Of a DNA stretch of 26,667 nt, positions 1 through 9,108 are shown in pieces; positions within the stretch are counted from its first letter, which is position 1; each line of letters begins with the position of its first letter. Source of the DNA: an uncultured Dehalococcoidales bacterium (GTDB taxonomy: Bacteria; Chloroflexota; Dehalococcoidia; E44-bin15). A model generated the notes under the pieces. The model had not been told where the DNA came from. It did not search any database and saw only the letters and a program-made list of their open reading frames with translations. The position numbers and the translations under genes were made by a program. The stretch lies in the NCBI GenBank assembly GCA_964354045.1, contig CAYGXY010000127.1:1-26667 (forward strand), given 5' to 3'.

Positions 1-231
1 GGCAGCCTTGTTGAAAAGTCGATTGTCTGGCATAATGTCGTAATCGGAAAAGTCGCAAAACTCCAGCAGTGCATTATTGCCGACGCGGCTTCGATCGGCG
101 AAGGTTGCGATATTGCGGCAGGGTGCATAATCGGCAACAAGGTATCCATAGAGAAAAACACGAGACTGGCTCCCGATACAAGAGTCATGCCGGGAGAGAG
201 CGTATCCACCTCCCACAATAAGAGGTGCTAA
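1..231 (+). CDS. Partial (3' end) left-handed beta-helix domain, probably of a mannose-1-phosphate guanylyltransferase-like NDP-sugar synthase
   Basis: Frame 1 is open from base 1 to TAA 229-231: GSLVEKSIVWHNVVIGKVAKLQQCIIADAASIGEGCDIAAGCIIGNKVSI..., with hexapeptide I/V-G periodicity. It lies directly upstream of PMM and PGI/PMI. Not in the ORF track because it has no start in the window. Confidence 0.7.
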   Translation, partial: GSLVEKSIVWHNVVIGKVAKLQQCIIADAASIGEGCDIAAGCIIGNKVSIEKNTRLAPDTRVMPGESVSTSHNKRC

Positions 232-275
232 TATAGCATCTATCATCGTTCAGCGAATGCTACGGAGGGGTTGAA

Positions 276-1703
276 TTGGCATCAAAGATTAAATTCGGCA
301 CAGACGGATGGCGCGCCATCATCGCGGATGATTTCACCTTCGACAACGTTAGAATCTGTGCGCAATCCGCCGCCGAATATATGAAGTCAGCCGGCTTAGC
401 CGATCGCGGTATGGTCATAGGCTATGACACCAGATTCGCCTCAGAGAACTTCGCCTCCTCCGCCGCCGAGGTCGTAGCCGCGAATGGGATCAAGGTCTAC
501 CTATGCGAAAGTGCAGCGCCAACACCTGTCATCAGCTACGCAATACTCGATCTCAAAGCCGGCGGTGGCATCATCATAACCGCCAGCCATAACCCGGGAC
601 AATGGAATGGCTTCAAATTCAAACAGAACGACGCACGCAGCGCCTCGCCGGAGGTCATTGTCAAACTGGAAAAGGGAATCGCCCGTATACAAGCCGGCGC
701 AGGGATCAAGCAAATCCATTTGAACGACGCTATTAAGAACAGGACTGTACAGAAGTTCGATCCGGCGACTGCCTACATAAAACATATCAGCGAGTTAGTC
801 GATATAGAGAAGATTCGGCGCAGCGGCATCAACATCGCGGTCGACTCGATGTACGGAGCAGGCGCGGGATACTTCCGAAACATTATAGGCGGCGGGAAGA
901 CAAAGATCGCCGAGATTCACAAAAAGCGCAATCCTCTCTTCCCCGGCATCCAGCCAGAACCGATAGCGCATAACCTCGTAGAGCTTTCCTCGAAAATAAA
1001 GCAAAGCGGCGCCGATGTCGGACTGGCGACCGACGGCGATGCGGATCGCATCGGGATAATGGATGAAAAAGGTGAATTCATAACTACGCTGCAGACTTAC
1101 GCGCTGCTCGCCTTGTATTTGCTCGAAGTGAAAGGACAACGCGGCGCAATCGTTAAAACGATAACCACCACCAACATGCTGTTCCGCCTGGGCGAATTAT
1201 ACAACGTGCCCGTATATGAAACGCCCGTTGGATTCAAATACGTTGCGCCTTTGATGATGGCGGAGAATGCTATGATGGGCGGCGAGGAAAGCGGCGGCTA
1301 CGGATATCGAGGACATATGCCCGAACGCGATGGGATACTTTCAGCGCTGTTCTTGCTGGATTTCATGATAACACTGAAGAAAAGTCCATCGCAGCTTATC
1401 GAATATCTATACAGCAAAGTCGGCCCTCATCATTATGATCGGCTGGACGTCAACTTCCCGTCTGAAGAGCGCGAATCGATAATGAAACGATTAGCAGACA
1501 GCAAACCCGTAAACATCGAAGGGACCACAGTGCGTGAGATCGATACAAGAGACGGCTTCCGCTTTCTACTGAAGGATGGCAGCTGGCTTTTAATACGGTT
1601 CTCCGGCACCGAACCCATCATGCGCATATACTCAGAGAGCAACAGCATGGAAAAAGTAAAACGTTTTCTAGCCGCAGGGAAAAAATTGACGGGTGTGAAA
1701 TAA
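276..1703 (+). CDS. Phosphoglucomutase/phosphomannomutase family protein
   Basis: N-terminal FGTDG, phosphoserine loop TASHNP, metal loop DGDADR, GEESGG sugar-binding loop. TTG start with SD GGAGG at 264-268. Confidence 0.95.
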   Translation: MASKIKFGTDGWRAIIADDFTFDNVRICAQSAAEYMKSAGLADRGMVIGYDTRFASENFASSAAEVVAANGIKVYLCESAAPTPVISYAILDLKAGGGIIITASHNPGQWNGFKFKQNDARSASPEVIVKLEKGIARIQAGAGIKQIHLNDAIKNRTVQKFDPATAYIKHISELVDIEKIRRSGINIAVDSMYGAGAGYFRNIIGGGKTKIAEIHKKRNPLFPGIQPEPIAHNLVELSSKIKQSGADVGLATDGDADRIGIMDEKGEFITTLQTYALLALYLLEVKGQRGAIVKTITTTNMLFRLGELYNVPVYETPVGFKYVAPLMMAENAMMGGEESGGYGYRGHMPERDGILSALFLLDFMITLKKSPSQLIEYLYSKVGPHHYDRLDVNFPSEERESIMKRLADSKPVNIEGTTVREIDTRDGFRFLLKDGSWLLIRFSGTEPIMRIYSESNSMEKVKRFLAAGKKLTGVK

Positions 1704-2767
1704 TGATGAACTTAGACGATCCCAAAATTTACGAAAGGCTTGACACAACAAACTTGCACGAGCGTATCCACAACCTGCCGCAGCAGTGTCGGCAGGCGTG
1801 GCAGAGCGCTGTAGCTTTACCTTTACCGAAAGACTTCAAGAAAATCGATAAGATCGTGATAATTGGTATGGGCGGCTCTGCCATAGGCGGGGATTTGTTA
1901 CGAACATTGGTCGGCATTCAAAGCAAAATCGATGTCACCGTACAGAGAGATTATGACCTGCCGAAGTCAGTCGATAAAAATACGCTGGTCATAGCCTCCA
2001 GCTATTCGGGAAATACCGAGGAAACCCTATCCGCCTTCAACCAGGCACTGGAAACGCCCTGCAAAAAGTTCGTTATCACGACCGGCGGTAAAATCAGTGA
2101 AACAGCAGCGCAGAACGGCGTGCCGCTACTCTCCTTCGGCTACAGCTCGGAGCCGCGGGCAGCGCTGGGATACAGTTTCTTCTCACTGCTGGCATTTCTG
2201 CACAACCTCGATATCATCCCAGCTGAACTCCTGAACATTGATGAAACGCTAGAAACACTGAAGAAAATATCAGCGAAATTGAGTAAAGATATTCCTATAA
2301 AAAAGAATGCCGCCAAGCAACTAGCGGCAAAGCTACATGATCATCTGGTAATCATCTACGGCGCGGGAATACTCTCGAATGTGGCCTATAGATGGAAGAC
2401 ACAAATCAACGAAAACAGCAAGGCATGGGCTTTCGCTGAGACCTTACCTGAGTTAAACCATAACGCTGTTGTCGGATATAAATTCCCCTCCGAGTCGGCA
2501 GGCAAGACATTCGTTATCATGCTAAGAACACTTGACCTGCATCCGCGTACCCTTAAACGATATGACATTACCGCCGATATCCTCTCTAAAGCACACATAC
2601 CGCATGAGATCGTCGACGCCAGTGGAAAGACACCGCTCTGCCGAATGATGAGCTCGATTTTACTCGGCGATTACGTAAGCTACTATCTGGCGATGATGTA
2701 TGAGATAAACCCCTCGCCTGTCGAGATCATCGACTATCTGAAAAAAGAACTATCCTCATCTAATTAG
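1703..2767 (+). CDS. Bifunctional phosphoglucose/phosphomannose isomerase (double SIS domain)
   Basis: GMGGSAIGG, SYSGNTEET, INENSK and ELNHN motifs. TAATG overlap with the upstream stop. Confidence 0.93.
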   Translation: MMNLDDPKIYERLDTTNLHERIHNLPQQCRQAWQSAVALPLPKDFKKIDKIVIIGMGGSAIGGDLLRTLVGIQSKIDVTVQRDYDLPKSVDKNTLVIASSYSGNTEETLSAFNQALETPCKKFVITTGGKISETAAQNGVPLLSFGYSSEPRAALGYSFFSLLAFLHNLDIIPAELLNIDETLETLKKISAKLSKDIPIKKNAAKQLAAKLHDHLVIIYGAGILSNVAYRWKTQINENSKAWAFAETLPELNHNAVVGYKFPSESAGKTFVIMLRTLDLHPRTLKRYDITADILSKAHIPHEIVDASGKTPLCRMMSSILLGDYVSYYLAMMYEINPSPVEIIDYLKKELSSSN

Positions 2768-2771
2768 ATAC

Positions 2772-2820
2772 AAAATAAGACCGCATGCTTTTACCATCTA
2801 TAGCATGCGGTCTTTTATTT
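2772..2820. terminator. Bidirectional rho-independent terminator between convergent operons
   Basis: Perfect 13-bp inverted repeat AAGACCGCATGCT (2777-2789) / AGCATGCGGTCTT (2802-2814) with a 12-nt loop. T-tract follows on + (TTATTT) and on - (ATTTT). Confidence 0.85.
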
Positions 2821-2842
2821 CGATATATAGTCGGATTAAAAA

Positions 2843-3238
2843 CTAACGCTTCGTGTACTGCTTCGCCTTCCGAGCTTTGACAAGACCATACTTCTTCCGC
2901 TCTTTGACGCGTGCGTCGCGCGTCAACAGCCCGTGAGTCTTCAGTAATTTCTTCAGATTAGCATCATAAACCACTATAGCACGTGCTATTCCATGACGTA
3001 TTGCACCAGCTTGTCCACAACAACCTCCACCTGTAACCTTAACAGTAATACTGAATTTCTCCAGATTATCCGTTACAACTAATGGTTCTAATATTGTATT
3101 CCTGTGTCTCTCAACTGGAAACATTTCCTCAAGCGGCTTGCCATTTACTATGATAGCACCGCCACCTGAATTGATGCGTACTTGAGCTACAGAGCATTTC
3201 CTTCTTCCTGTGGCGTGTAAGTAACCTTTATCGTTCAA
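2843..3238 (-). CDS. rpsI: 30S ribosomal protein S9 (uS9)
   Basis: TGRRK, GGG..GQAGAIRHG and LLTRD.R.KERKKYGL..ARKA.QYTKR. TTG start abuts the rplM stop. Confidence 0.98.
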   Translation of the reverse strand: MNDKGYLHATGRRKCSVAQVRINSGGGAIIVNGKPLEEMFPVERHRNTILEPLVVTDNLEKFSITVKVTGGGCCGQAGAIRHGIARAIVVYDANLKKLLKTHGLLTRDARVKERKKYGLVKARKAKQYTKR

Positions 3239-3670
3239 CTATTCCCCCTTCTCGGATTTCCCCATCTGAGCTTTATGCGGATGATCTTCACCCGCATACA
3301 CTTTTAACCTACCCATTATTTGACGTCCAAGCCTGTTACGGGGAATCATACCTTTGACCGCAAACGTAATTACGCGGTCAGGATGTTTTTTTATCATATC
3401 GCTGTACTTTACACTAACAAGGCCACCGGGATAGTTTGAATGACGATAATACATCTTCTGCGTATCTTTTTTCCCAGTCACCTTGACCTTAGCAGCATTT
3501 ATTACAACTACGTAGTCCCCTACACTAATGTGATTTGAGAAAGTAGGTTTATTCTTACCCAGTAAAACTACTGCTACTTCGGACGCAAGACGCCCTAAAG
3601 TCTTACCGGAGGCATCAACAACATGCCACTCTCGCTCAATCTCGCCTGATTTAATACTATAAGTCTTCAT
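3239..3670 (-). CDS. rplM: 50S ribosomal protein L13 (uL13)
   Basis: WHVVDA..KTLGRLA, GDYVVVINA and YYRHSNYPGG motifs. Confidence 0.98.
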   Translation of the reverse strand: MKTYSIKSGEIEREWHVVDASGKTLGRLASEVAVVLLGKNKPTFSNHISVGDYVVVINAAKVKVTGKKDTQKMYYRHSNYPGGLVSVKYSDMIKKHPDRVITFAVKGMIPRNRLGRQIMGRLKVYAGEDHPHKAQMGKSEKGE

Positions 3671-4413
3671 ATTTCATCACCAGGATAATTCACTTTCATC
3701 AAAAATAAACCGTGTGGCGGCACTGCCGGTCCCGCCGTTGCAGGCTTTCCGGATTCGAATATTTTACGGAAAGCCGATACATCGCTAAGTTTTAAACCCA
3801 CCTTTAAAAGAGCACCCACCGTCATTCTCATCTGATGGGGAAGAAACGCATTCGCTTCGATATGGCAACTGACCATCGAGCCCTCTCTGTACGTGCTAGC
3901 CCGATAAACCGTACGAGTTGTATTTATACGTCCCTCTAATGCACTTGCAAACGGCGCAAAGTCATGTGTTCCTTCCAAGACTTTGCATGCTTCGTTCATA
4001 ACATCAACTTCAAGAGGCCGTCGTACCAAAAGTGCATCCCGTCGCCTTAGAGGAGACCGAGTCGGTTCATTCCAAATATAGTAACAGTACTCCCGGCTCA
4101 GTGCATCCCTCCTTGGATCGAAATCGTCTCTAACTTTATGGGCCTCCTTAACAGCAATATCTTCCGGTAAATAAAAGTTTAATGCTTTAGTAATATTCTC
4201 CAGCGTTAAGGATGAAGCTGTTTCGAATGCTGCCACCTGACCTTTTGCATGAACACCCTGATCGGTGCGTCCGGCGAATACCGTCCGAACATGCTCACCC
4301 GTAATCTTCTCTATAGCTTCTTCCAATTCCCCCTGTATCGTCGGCACATTGCTTTGTCTTTGAGAGCCGTAATATCTTGTGCCATCATATTCTAAAACAA
4401 GAGCAACTCTCAT
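3667..4413 (-). CDS. truA: tRNA pseudouridine(38-40) synthase
   Basis: YDGT.Y.GSQRQ, catalytic GRTDQGVHA, FLPHQMR and PPHGLFL. ATGA overlap with rplM. Confidence 0.96.
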   Translation of the reverse strand: MRVALVLEYDGTRYYGSQRQSNVPTIQGELEEAIEKITGEHVRTVFAGRTDQGVHAKGQVAAFETASSLTLENITKALNFYLPEDIAVKEAHKVRDDFDPRRDALSREYCYYIWNEPTRSPLRRRDALLVRRPLEVDVMNEACKVLEGTHDFAPFASALEGRINTTRTVYRASTYREGSMVSCHIEANAFLPHQMRMTVGALLKVGLKLSDVSAFRKIFESGKPATAGPAVPPHGLFLMKVNYPGDEI

Positions 4414-4415
4414 TA

Positions 4416-4769
4416 CTACTTCACTAATTCAAGCTGTGCTATCGGCGCAGCATCGCCAACTCTCTGACCGAGTTTTACTATACGAACGTATCCTCCAGAC
4501 CTCTGAGCATATTTTGGCGCAATTTCTTTAAACAATTTATCTGTAATTTGCTTATCATTAATAAATGAGAGTACTTCACGCCTACTATACAATGTGCCGT
4601 CCTTACCAAGCGTTATCATTCGTTCCGCAAAACCACGCACTTCTTTCGCTTTGGCCTCAGTGGTTACAATCTTCTCATACCTTAGAAGATCAGTAACAAG
4701 GTTACGATACATCATTATCCTGTGTGCTGTCGGCCTGGAAAAACTCCTGCCGGTAAGATTATGTCTCAT
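4416..4769 (-). CDS. rplQ: 50S ribosomal protein L17 (bL17)
   Basis: MRH, I.TTEAKAKE and GGYVRIVK...R.GDAAP motifs. Position after rpoA. Confidence 0.97.
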   Translation of the reverse strand: MRHNLTGRSFSRPTAHRIMMYRNLVTDLLRYEKIVTTEAKAKEVRGFAERMITLGKDGTLYSRREVLSFINDKQITDKLFKEIAPKYAQRSGGYVRIVKLGQRVGDAAPIAQLELVK

Positions 4770-4772
4770 ACC

Positions 4773-5759
4773 CTATTCATCCTCCCCCTGTGTATCCTCC
4801 GACGATTCATTCTTGGGTTTTTCATCCTTAAAGAGACTGGGGGGATTAAATCCTTTCCCTTTCATCTGTCCTTTTAGTTCTTCAAGAGCTTTCTGACCGA
4901 AATTCTTTATACTTAACAGGTCTTCCTCACTCTTTTGAAACAACTCCCCGACTTTTGTAATACCCGCCCGTTTTAAACAATTAAATGTTCTTACAGAGAG
5001 AGCAAGCTCTTCAATGGGCATATTATATTGCTCTAACGGAATAGGGAGACGGGGCTGCTTTTCTCCAACTCTCAACGGTACTTTTGCGAGTTCGTAAAAT
5101 AGTTGGAAATATTCAATAAGAATATGAGCACTTTGACTTACGGCTTCTACTGGTGAGATTGTACCATCTGTCCATATATCCACCGTTAGCCGCTCATAGC
5201 CATGTAGTTCTTCAACTGTAACAGTCTCGATTTTATAGTTTACTCTTCTTATAGGAGTAAAAATTGCATCGATAGGTATAGCGCCTATAGGGAGCCCTTC
5301 GGCTTTTCCAGCGAGTCGGTAACCTTTCCCCTGTTCAACATTGAATTCTACTACCAGTTTGGCATCTGCTGTATCCAGCGTCGCTAAATGAAGATCAGGA
5401 TTGACTATTTCAAAGTCTGCCGAAGGCTCGATATCACCAGCTTTAACCTCGCGTTCCCCTTTACATTTCAATGTTAACTTCCCACTATGCGAAGACAAAG
5501 CATGTAATCTAATTGACTTCACATTCAGAATAAAATCAACGGTATCCTCTTTAATATTCGGAATTGTTGAAAACTCGTGTTGGATTCCTTCAAACATCAT
5601 CCAAGTTACAGCTGAACCTGTGATAGAGTTTAACAAGACCCTTCTAAGAGCATTTCCTAATGTGACGCCATAACCTCTTTCAAGAGGTTCGATGACAAAT
5701 CGTCCATATTTTTCCGAGAGCTCTGAACACTCTATTTGTGGTAGTACAGCCTCAGTCAA
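4773..5759 (-). CDS. rpoA: RNA polymerase alpha subunit
   Basis: EPLERGYG.TLGNALRRVLL, PIDAIFTP and alpha-CTD LSVRTFNCLKRAGI, NFGQKAL. Start re-called to TTG 5759 behind SD GGAGGT; the ORF-track start overlaps rpsD. Confidence 0.97.
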   Translation of the reverse strand: MTEAVLPQIECSELSEKYGRFVIEPLERGYGVTLGNALRRVLLNSITGSAVTWMMFEGIQHEFSTIPNIKEDTVDFILNVKSIRLHALSSHSGKLTLKCKGEREVKAGDIEPSADFEIVNPDLHLATLDTADAKLVVEFNVEQGKGYRLAGKAEGLPIGAIPIDAIFTPIRRVNYKIETVTVEELHGYERLTVDIWTDGTISPVEAVSQSAHILIEYFQLFYELAKVPLRVGEKQPRLPIPLEQYNMPIEELALSVRTFNCLKRAGITKVGELFQKSEEDLLSIKNFGQKALEELKGQMKGKGFNPPSLFKDEKPKNESSEDTQGEDE

Positions 5760-5778
5760 GTGGCTACCTCCAATTATG

Positions 5779-6408
5779 TTATCTGGAATAGTATTCAACT
5801 ACAACCTTCTCATTAATTCTTAAATCAATATCATTTCGGTTAGGAATAGAAGTTACTTTACCGCTAAGTTTTTCAGCATCAAGCTTAAGCCAGCCCGGAA
5901 CTGTTTTTGTCCCTATCTGTTGAGTAACCATTTTATAATACGATCTATCTTTATCACCCTCACGCAGTGTAATTTCATCTCCTAAATTTGTCGCGCAGGA
6001 TGGAATATCTGTTTTCTTTCCATTCAATACAACATGTCCGTGGCAAACTAGCTGTCGTGCCTGACTACGTGAATCAGCGAAACCCAATCTATAAACAACA
6101 TTATCAAGTCTCATCTCAAGGATCTGCAATAAAACTTCGCCAGTCGCACCGGGACGTTTCGTGGCTTCTTCAAAGTGCCTGCGGAACTGCCGCTCTACTA
6201 TCCCGTAAGTAAATCTGGTCTTTTGTTTTTCCCTGAGTTGTAAGCCTCGGTCTGAAATCTTCCTTTTATGAGATTTTTTCTGTTGACCTGGAGGGGAGTT
6301 GCGTTTTTCAAGAGCACACTTCCTTGATAAGCAACGCTCACCTTTCAGCATCAGCTTTTCATTCTGTCGCCTACATACTCGACAAACTGCTCCTATATAT
6401 CGAGCCAT
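5779..6408 (-). CDS. rpsD: 30S ribosomal protein S4 (uS4), zinc-binding form
   Basis: CRVCRR...RC...KC zinc motif, LEMRLDNVVYRLG and VVEYYSR. Confidence 0.98.
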   Translation of the reverse strand: MARYIGAVCRVCRRQNEKLMLKGERCLSRKCALEKRNSPPGQQKKSHKRKISDRGLQLREKQKTRFTYGIVERQFRRHFEEATKRPGATGEVLLQILEMRLDNVVYRLGFADSRSQARQLVCHGHVVLNGKKTDIPSCATNLGDEITLREGDKDRSYYKMVTQQIGTKTVPGWLKLDAEKLSGKVTSIPNRNDIDLRINEKVVVEYYSR

Positions 6409-6474
6409 TTCTTCGCCCTACTCCTTTTCCCCTAGAAATCTAAAAGATAACTTTAATATGTGATAAATATATAA

Positions 6475-6870
6475 CTATACGCGCCTTCTTTTACACTGGC
6501 GGCATCCATTGTGAGGTATGGGTGTTACATCACGTATACCTGTTATAGTGATTCCAGCAGCCTGTAGCGCGCGTATCGCTGACTCTCTTCCGCTGCCCGG
6601 GCCTTTGACATACACTTCAACTTGCTTAAGCCCATGTTCTACCCCTTTATGTGCCGCCTGCTCAGCTGCAAGTTGTGCCGCATATGGTGTCCCCTTACGC
6701 GATCCCTTGAATCCCGCGGTTCCTGAACTACCCCAAGCAATAGTATTACCAGATTGATCAGTAATTGTTATAACTGTATTATTAAAAGTCGATTGTATAT
6801 ATGCACGACCTTTAGGTATTAATTTTTTCTCTTTTCTCTTAACGCGCGTAACTTTTTTCTTTTCTGGCAT
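6475..6870 (-). CDS. rpsK: 30S ribosomal protein S11 (uS11)
   Basis: [33 protein letters not shown] and [10 protein letters not shown]. Confidence 0.98.
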   Translation of the reverse strand: MPEKKKVTRVKRKEKKLIPKGRAYIQSTFNNTVITITDQSGNTIAWGSSGTAGFKGSRKGTPYAAQLAAEQAAHKGVEHGLKQVEVYVKGPGSGRESAIRALQAAGITITGIRDVTPIPHNGCRQCKRRRV

Positions 6871-6879
6871 AATATCCCT

Positions 6880-7263
6880 CTACTTCTTAGATACAGTTCT
6901 TCTGCGACCAGCAACCGTCTTGCGTGCGCCCCTCTTCGTACGAGCATTAGTTTTAGTTCGCTGTCCACGAACCGGAAGCCCACGCCGATGGCGAATACCA
7001 CGATAGCTGCCGATCTCGATTAGCCGTTTTATATTTAGGTTAATTTTACGTCTTAACTCGCCTTCTACTTCATACTCTCGTTCAATAATTTCTCGAATCA
7101 GACTGACTTCGCCCTCCGTGAGCTCACTAACCTTAGTATTAGGATCCACTTTAGCCTTTTCGAGTATTAATCTGCTAGCCGTAGGTCCTATACCATATAT
7201 ATATCGTAAACCTATCTCGACTCTTTTGTTTTTAGGAAGATCTACCCCTGCTAATCGTGCCAT
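6880..7263 (-). CDS. rpsM: 30S ribosomal protein S13 (uS13)
   Basis: [15 protein letters not shown] and [25 protein letters not shown]. Confidence 0.98.
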   Translation of the reverse strand: MARLAGVDLPKNKRVEIGLRYIYGIGPTASRLILEKAKVDPNTKVSELTEGEVSLIREIIEREYEVEGELRRKINLNIKRLIEIGSYRGIRHRRGLPVRGQRTKTNARTKRGARKTVAGRRRTVSKK

Positions 7264-7323
7264 GACTTCGTCCTTATCTTTCAGCCTTCGTTTAAGATTA
7301 TCAAACTAATACGCTGTGAAGTT

Positions 7324-7437
7324 TTACCCCTGTCTTTGTTTATGCCTTGGGTTTTCACAGATTACTCTTATTATTCCTCTTCTTTTAATTACCTTACATT
7401 TATCGCAACGCGGTCTTACTGATGCTTTAACTTTCAT
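7324..7437 (-). CDS. rpmJ: 50S ribosomal protein L36 (bL36), zinc-binding form; missed by the ORF track
   Basis: Hand translation of the minus strand gives [37 protein letters not shown] (37 aa, CxxC...C...H). Confidence 0.97.
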   Translation of the reverse strand: MKVKASVRPRCDKCKVIKRRGIIRVICENPRHKQRQG

Positions 7438-7465
7438 TCCTATTCTCCTTCCGCCACCCATGAGT

Positions 7466-7684
7466 CTATCTAAATCTATATGTAATCCTGCCTCTTGTTA
7501 GATCATAAGGTGATAACTCAACTAAAACCTTATCCCCAGCTAATATCTTTATATAATGAATCCTCATTTTCCCGGAAATATGAGCCAACACTTGATGCCC
7601 ATTAGCCAGCTCAACACGGAACATTGTATTAGGTAAAGATTTTACAACTGTTCCTTCGACTTCAATACTTTCCTTTTTAGCCAT
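7466..7684 (-). CDS. infA: Translation initiation factor IF-1
   Basis: IEVEG.V...[42 protein letters not shown]. Confidence 0.98.
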   Translation of the reverse strand: MAKKESIEVEGTVVKSLPNTMFRVELANGHQVLAHISGKMRIHYIKILAGDKVLVELSPYDLTRGRITYRFR

Positions 7685-7693
7685 ATGACGTGC

Positions 7694-8446
7694 CTAATCC
7701 AACACCGTCAATATTTCAGCTTTACCATCAGTTATTACAATCGTATCCTCAAAATGTGCACACAAACTACCATCGGCGGTAGAAACTGTCCATCCATCAC
7801 TGCCTACTTTAGTATGCCAATTACCCACGGTGACCATCGGTTCCAGAGCGAGAACCATTCCCGGTTTTAAAATAGGCCCCTGCCCCGGTGTTCCATAATT
7901 CGGTATCTGTGGATCCTCATGTAATTGACGACCGATGCCATGCCCTGCATACTCACGCACTACAGAGAACCCGTTAGCCTCAACAAACGACTGTATTGAA
8001 GAAGATATATCTCCAAGACGAGCGCCGTTCCTTGCACTTTCAATTCCTACCTTTAAGGCATTCTCTGTGGTATCTATCAATTTCTTAGCTGTGTCACTAA
8101 TTCGGCCTACTGCTATTGTACGAGCAGCATCTCCGTGGAAGCCATTATAAATAGCACCAAAATCTACTGTGACAATATCTCCTTCTTTAAGAACCCGTTT
8201 GCCAGGTATACCATGTACCAACTCATCATTTATAGAAACACACAAATGCGCCGGATACCCTCTATATCCTTTGAAAGAGGATATCGCGCCGCGTTTATTC
8301 AATTCTTCTATTGATATTGTATCTAACTCCTCAGTGATAATACCAGGTTTAACTCTCTTCTTCAATATATCAAGAACAATAGCTACTATTTTCCCCGCTT
8401 TCCTCATAAGGTCTATTTCACGGGGTGACTTGATTTCTATCCCCAT
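7694..8446 (-). CDS. map: Methionine aminopeptidase, type I
   Basis: Metal ligands in DFG, HGDAART, GHGIG..LHEDP, LEPM and HFEDT. ATG 8446 preferred; TTG 8452 is possible. Confidence 0.96.
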   Translation of the reverse strand: MGIEIKSPREIDLMRKAGKIVAIVLDILKKRVKPGIITEELDTISIEELNKRGAISSFKGYRGYPAHLCVSINDELVHGIPGKRVLKEGDIVTVDFGAIYNGFHGDAARTIAVGRISDTAKKLIDTTENALKVGIESARNGARLGDISSSIQSFVEANGFSVVREYAGHGIGRQLHEDPQIPNYGTPGQGPILKPGMVLALEPMVTVGNWHTKVGSDGWTVSTADGSLCAHFEDTIVITDGKAEILTVLD

Positions 8447-8454
8447 TTTCAACT

Positions 8455-9096
8455 CTATGGAAGCGATGCAATTATATTCTCAGTAATACTATCTATATTC
8501 CCTTCGCCCTTAATTTCAACAAGCTTCTTAGCCTTTTTGTAGTAATCAATCAACGGCGACGTTTCTTTCGTATATACTTCAATTCTTTTCCTGACGGTCT
8601 CCGGTGTATCATCAGCACGCTGATATAATTCCCCTCCACATTTATCACACTTGCCTTCTTTTTTGGGCGGCGATGATACCTTGTGATATGGCGCCTGGCA
8701 CTTTCGGCAAATGAACCTGCCACTAAGTCGCCTTACCAACTCATCAGTAGAAACTTTGATATAGAATACTCGATCTATTTTTTGTTTCTTCTTACCAAGC
8801 GCTTGGTCTAACGCCTTCGCCTGTTCCAGAGTCCTGGGAAAACCATCCAGCATGACTCCCTTTGAACAATCCGGAGCGTCAATTCGCTCTAAAATCATTT
8901 TAATAGTAATCTCATCAGGAACCAGAAGACCTTTCTCCATATAATACTTGGCCTGTTTACCTAACTCATCACCACGAGTAGCTGCAGCACGAAATAGGTC
9001 TCCAGAGGCTACATGCGTAATTCCAATTTTTTCGGCTATATTTTTTGCCTGAGTGCCTTTTCCTGATCCCGGAGCGCCTAGAAGTATCAACCTCAT
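8455..9096 (-). CDS. adk: Adenylate kinase with zinc LID
   Basis: P-loop GAPGSGKGTQ, LDGFPRT and a CxxC...CxxC LID domain. Confidence 0.98.
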   Translation of the reverse strand: MRLILLGAPGSGKGTQAKNIAEKIGITHVASGDLFRAAATRGDELGKQAKYYMEKGLLVPDEITIKMILERIDAPDCSKGVMLDGFPRTLEQAKALDQALGKKKQKIDRVFYIKVSTDELVRRLSGRFICRKCQAPYHKVSSPPKKEGKCDKCGGELYQRADDTPETVRKRIEVYTKETSPLIDYYKKAKKLVEIKGEGNIDSITENIIASLP

Positions 9097-9108
9097 TATA
9101 AGTCCCCC

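Noticed and set aside
232-275. Small hairpin (TAGCAT...ATGCTA) upstream of the PMM Shine-Dalgarno
   Set aside because: Short AT-rich stem with a long irregular loop that does not cover the SD; too weak to call regulatory.
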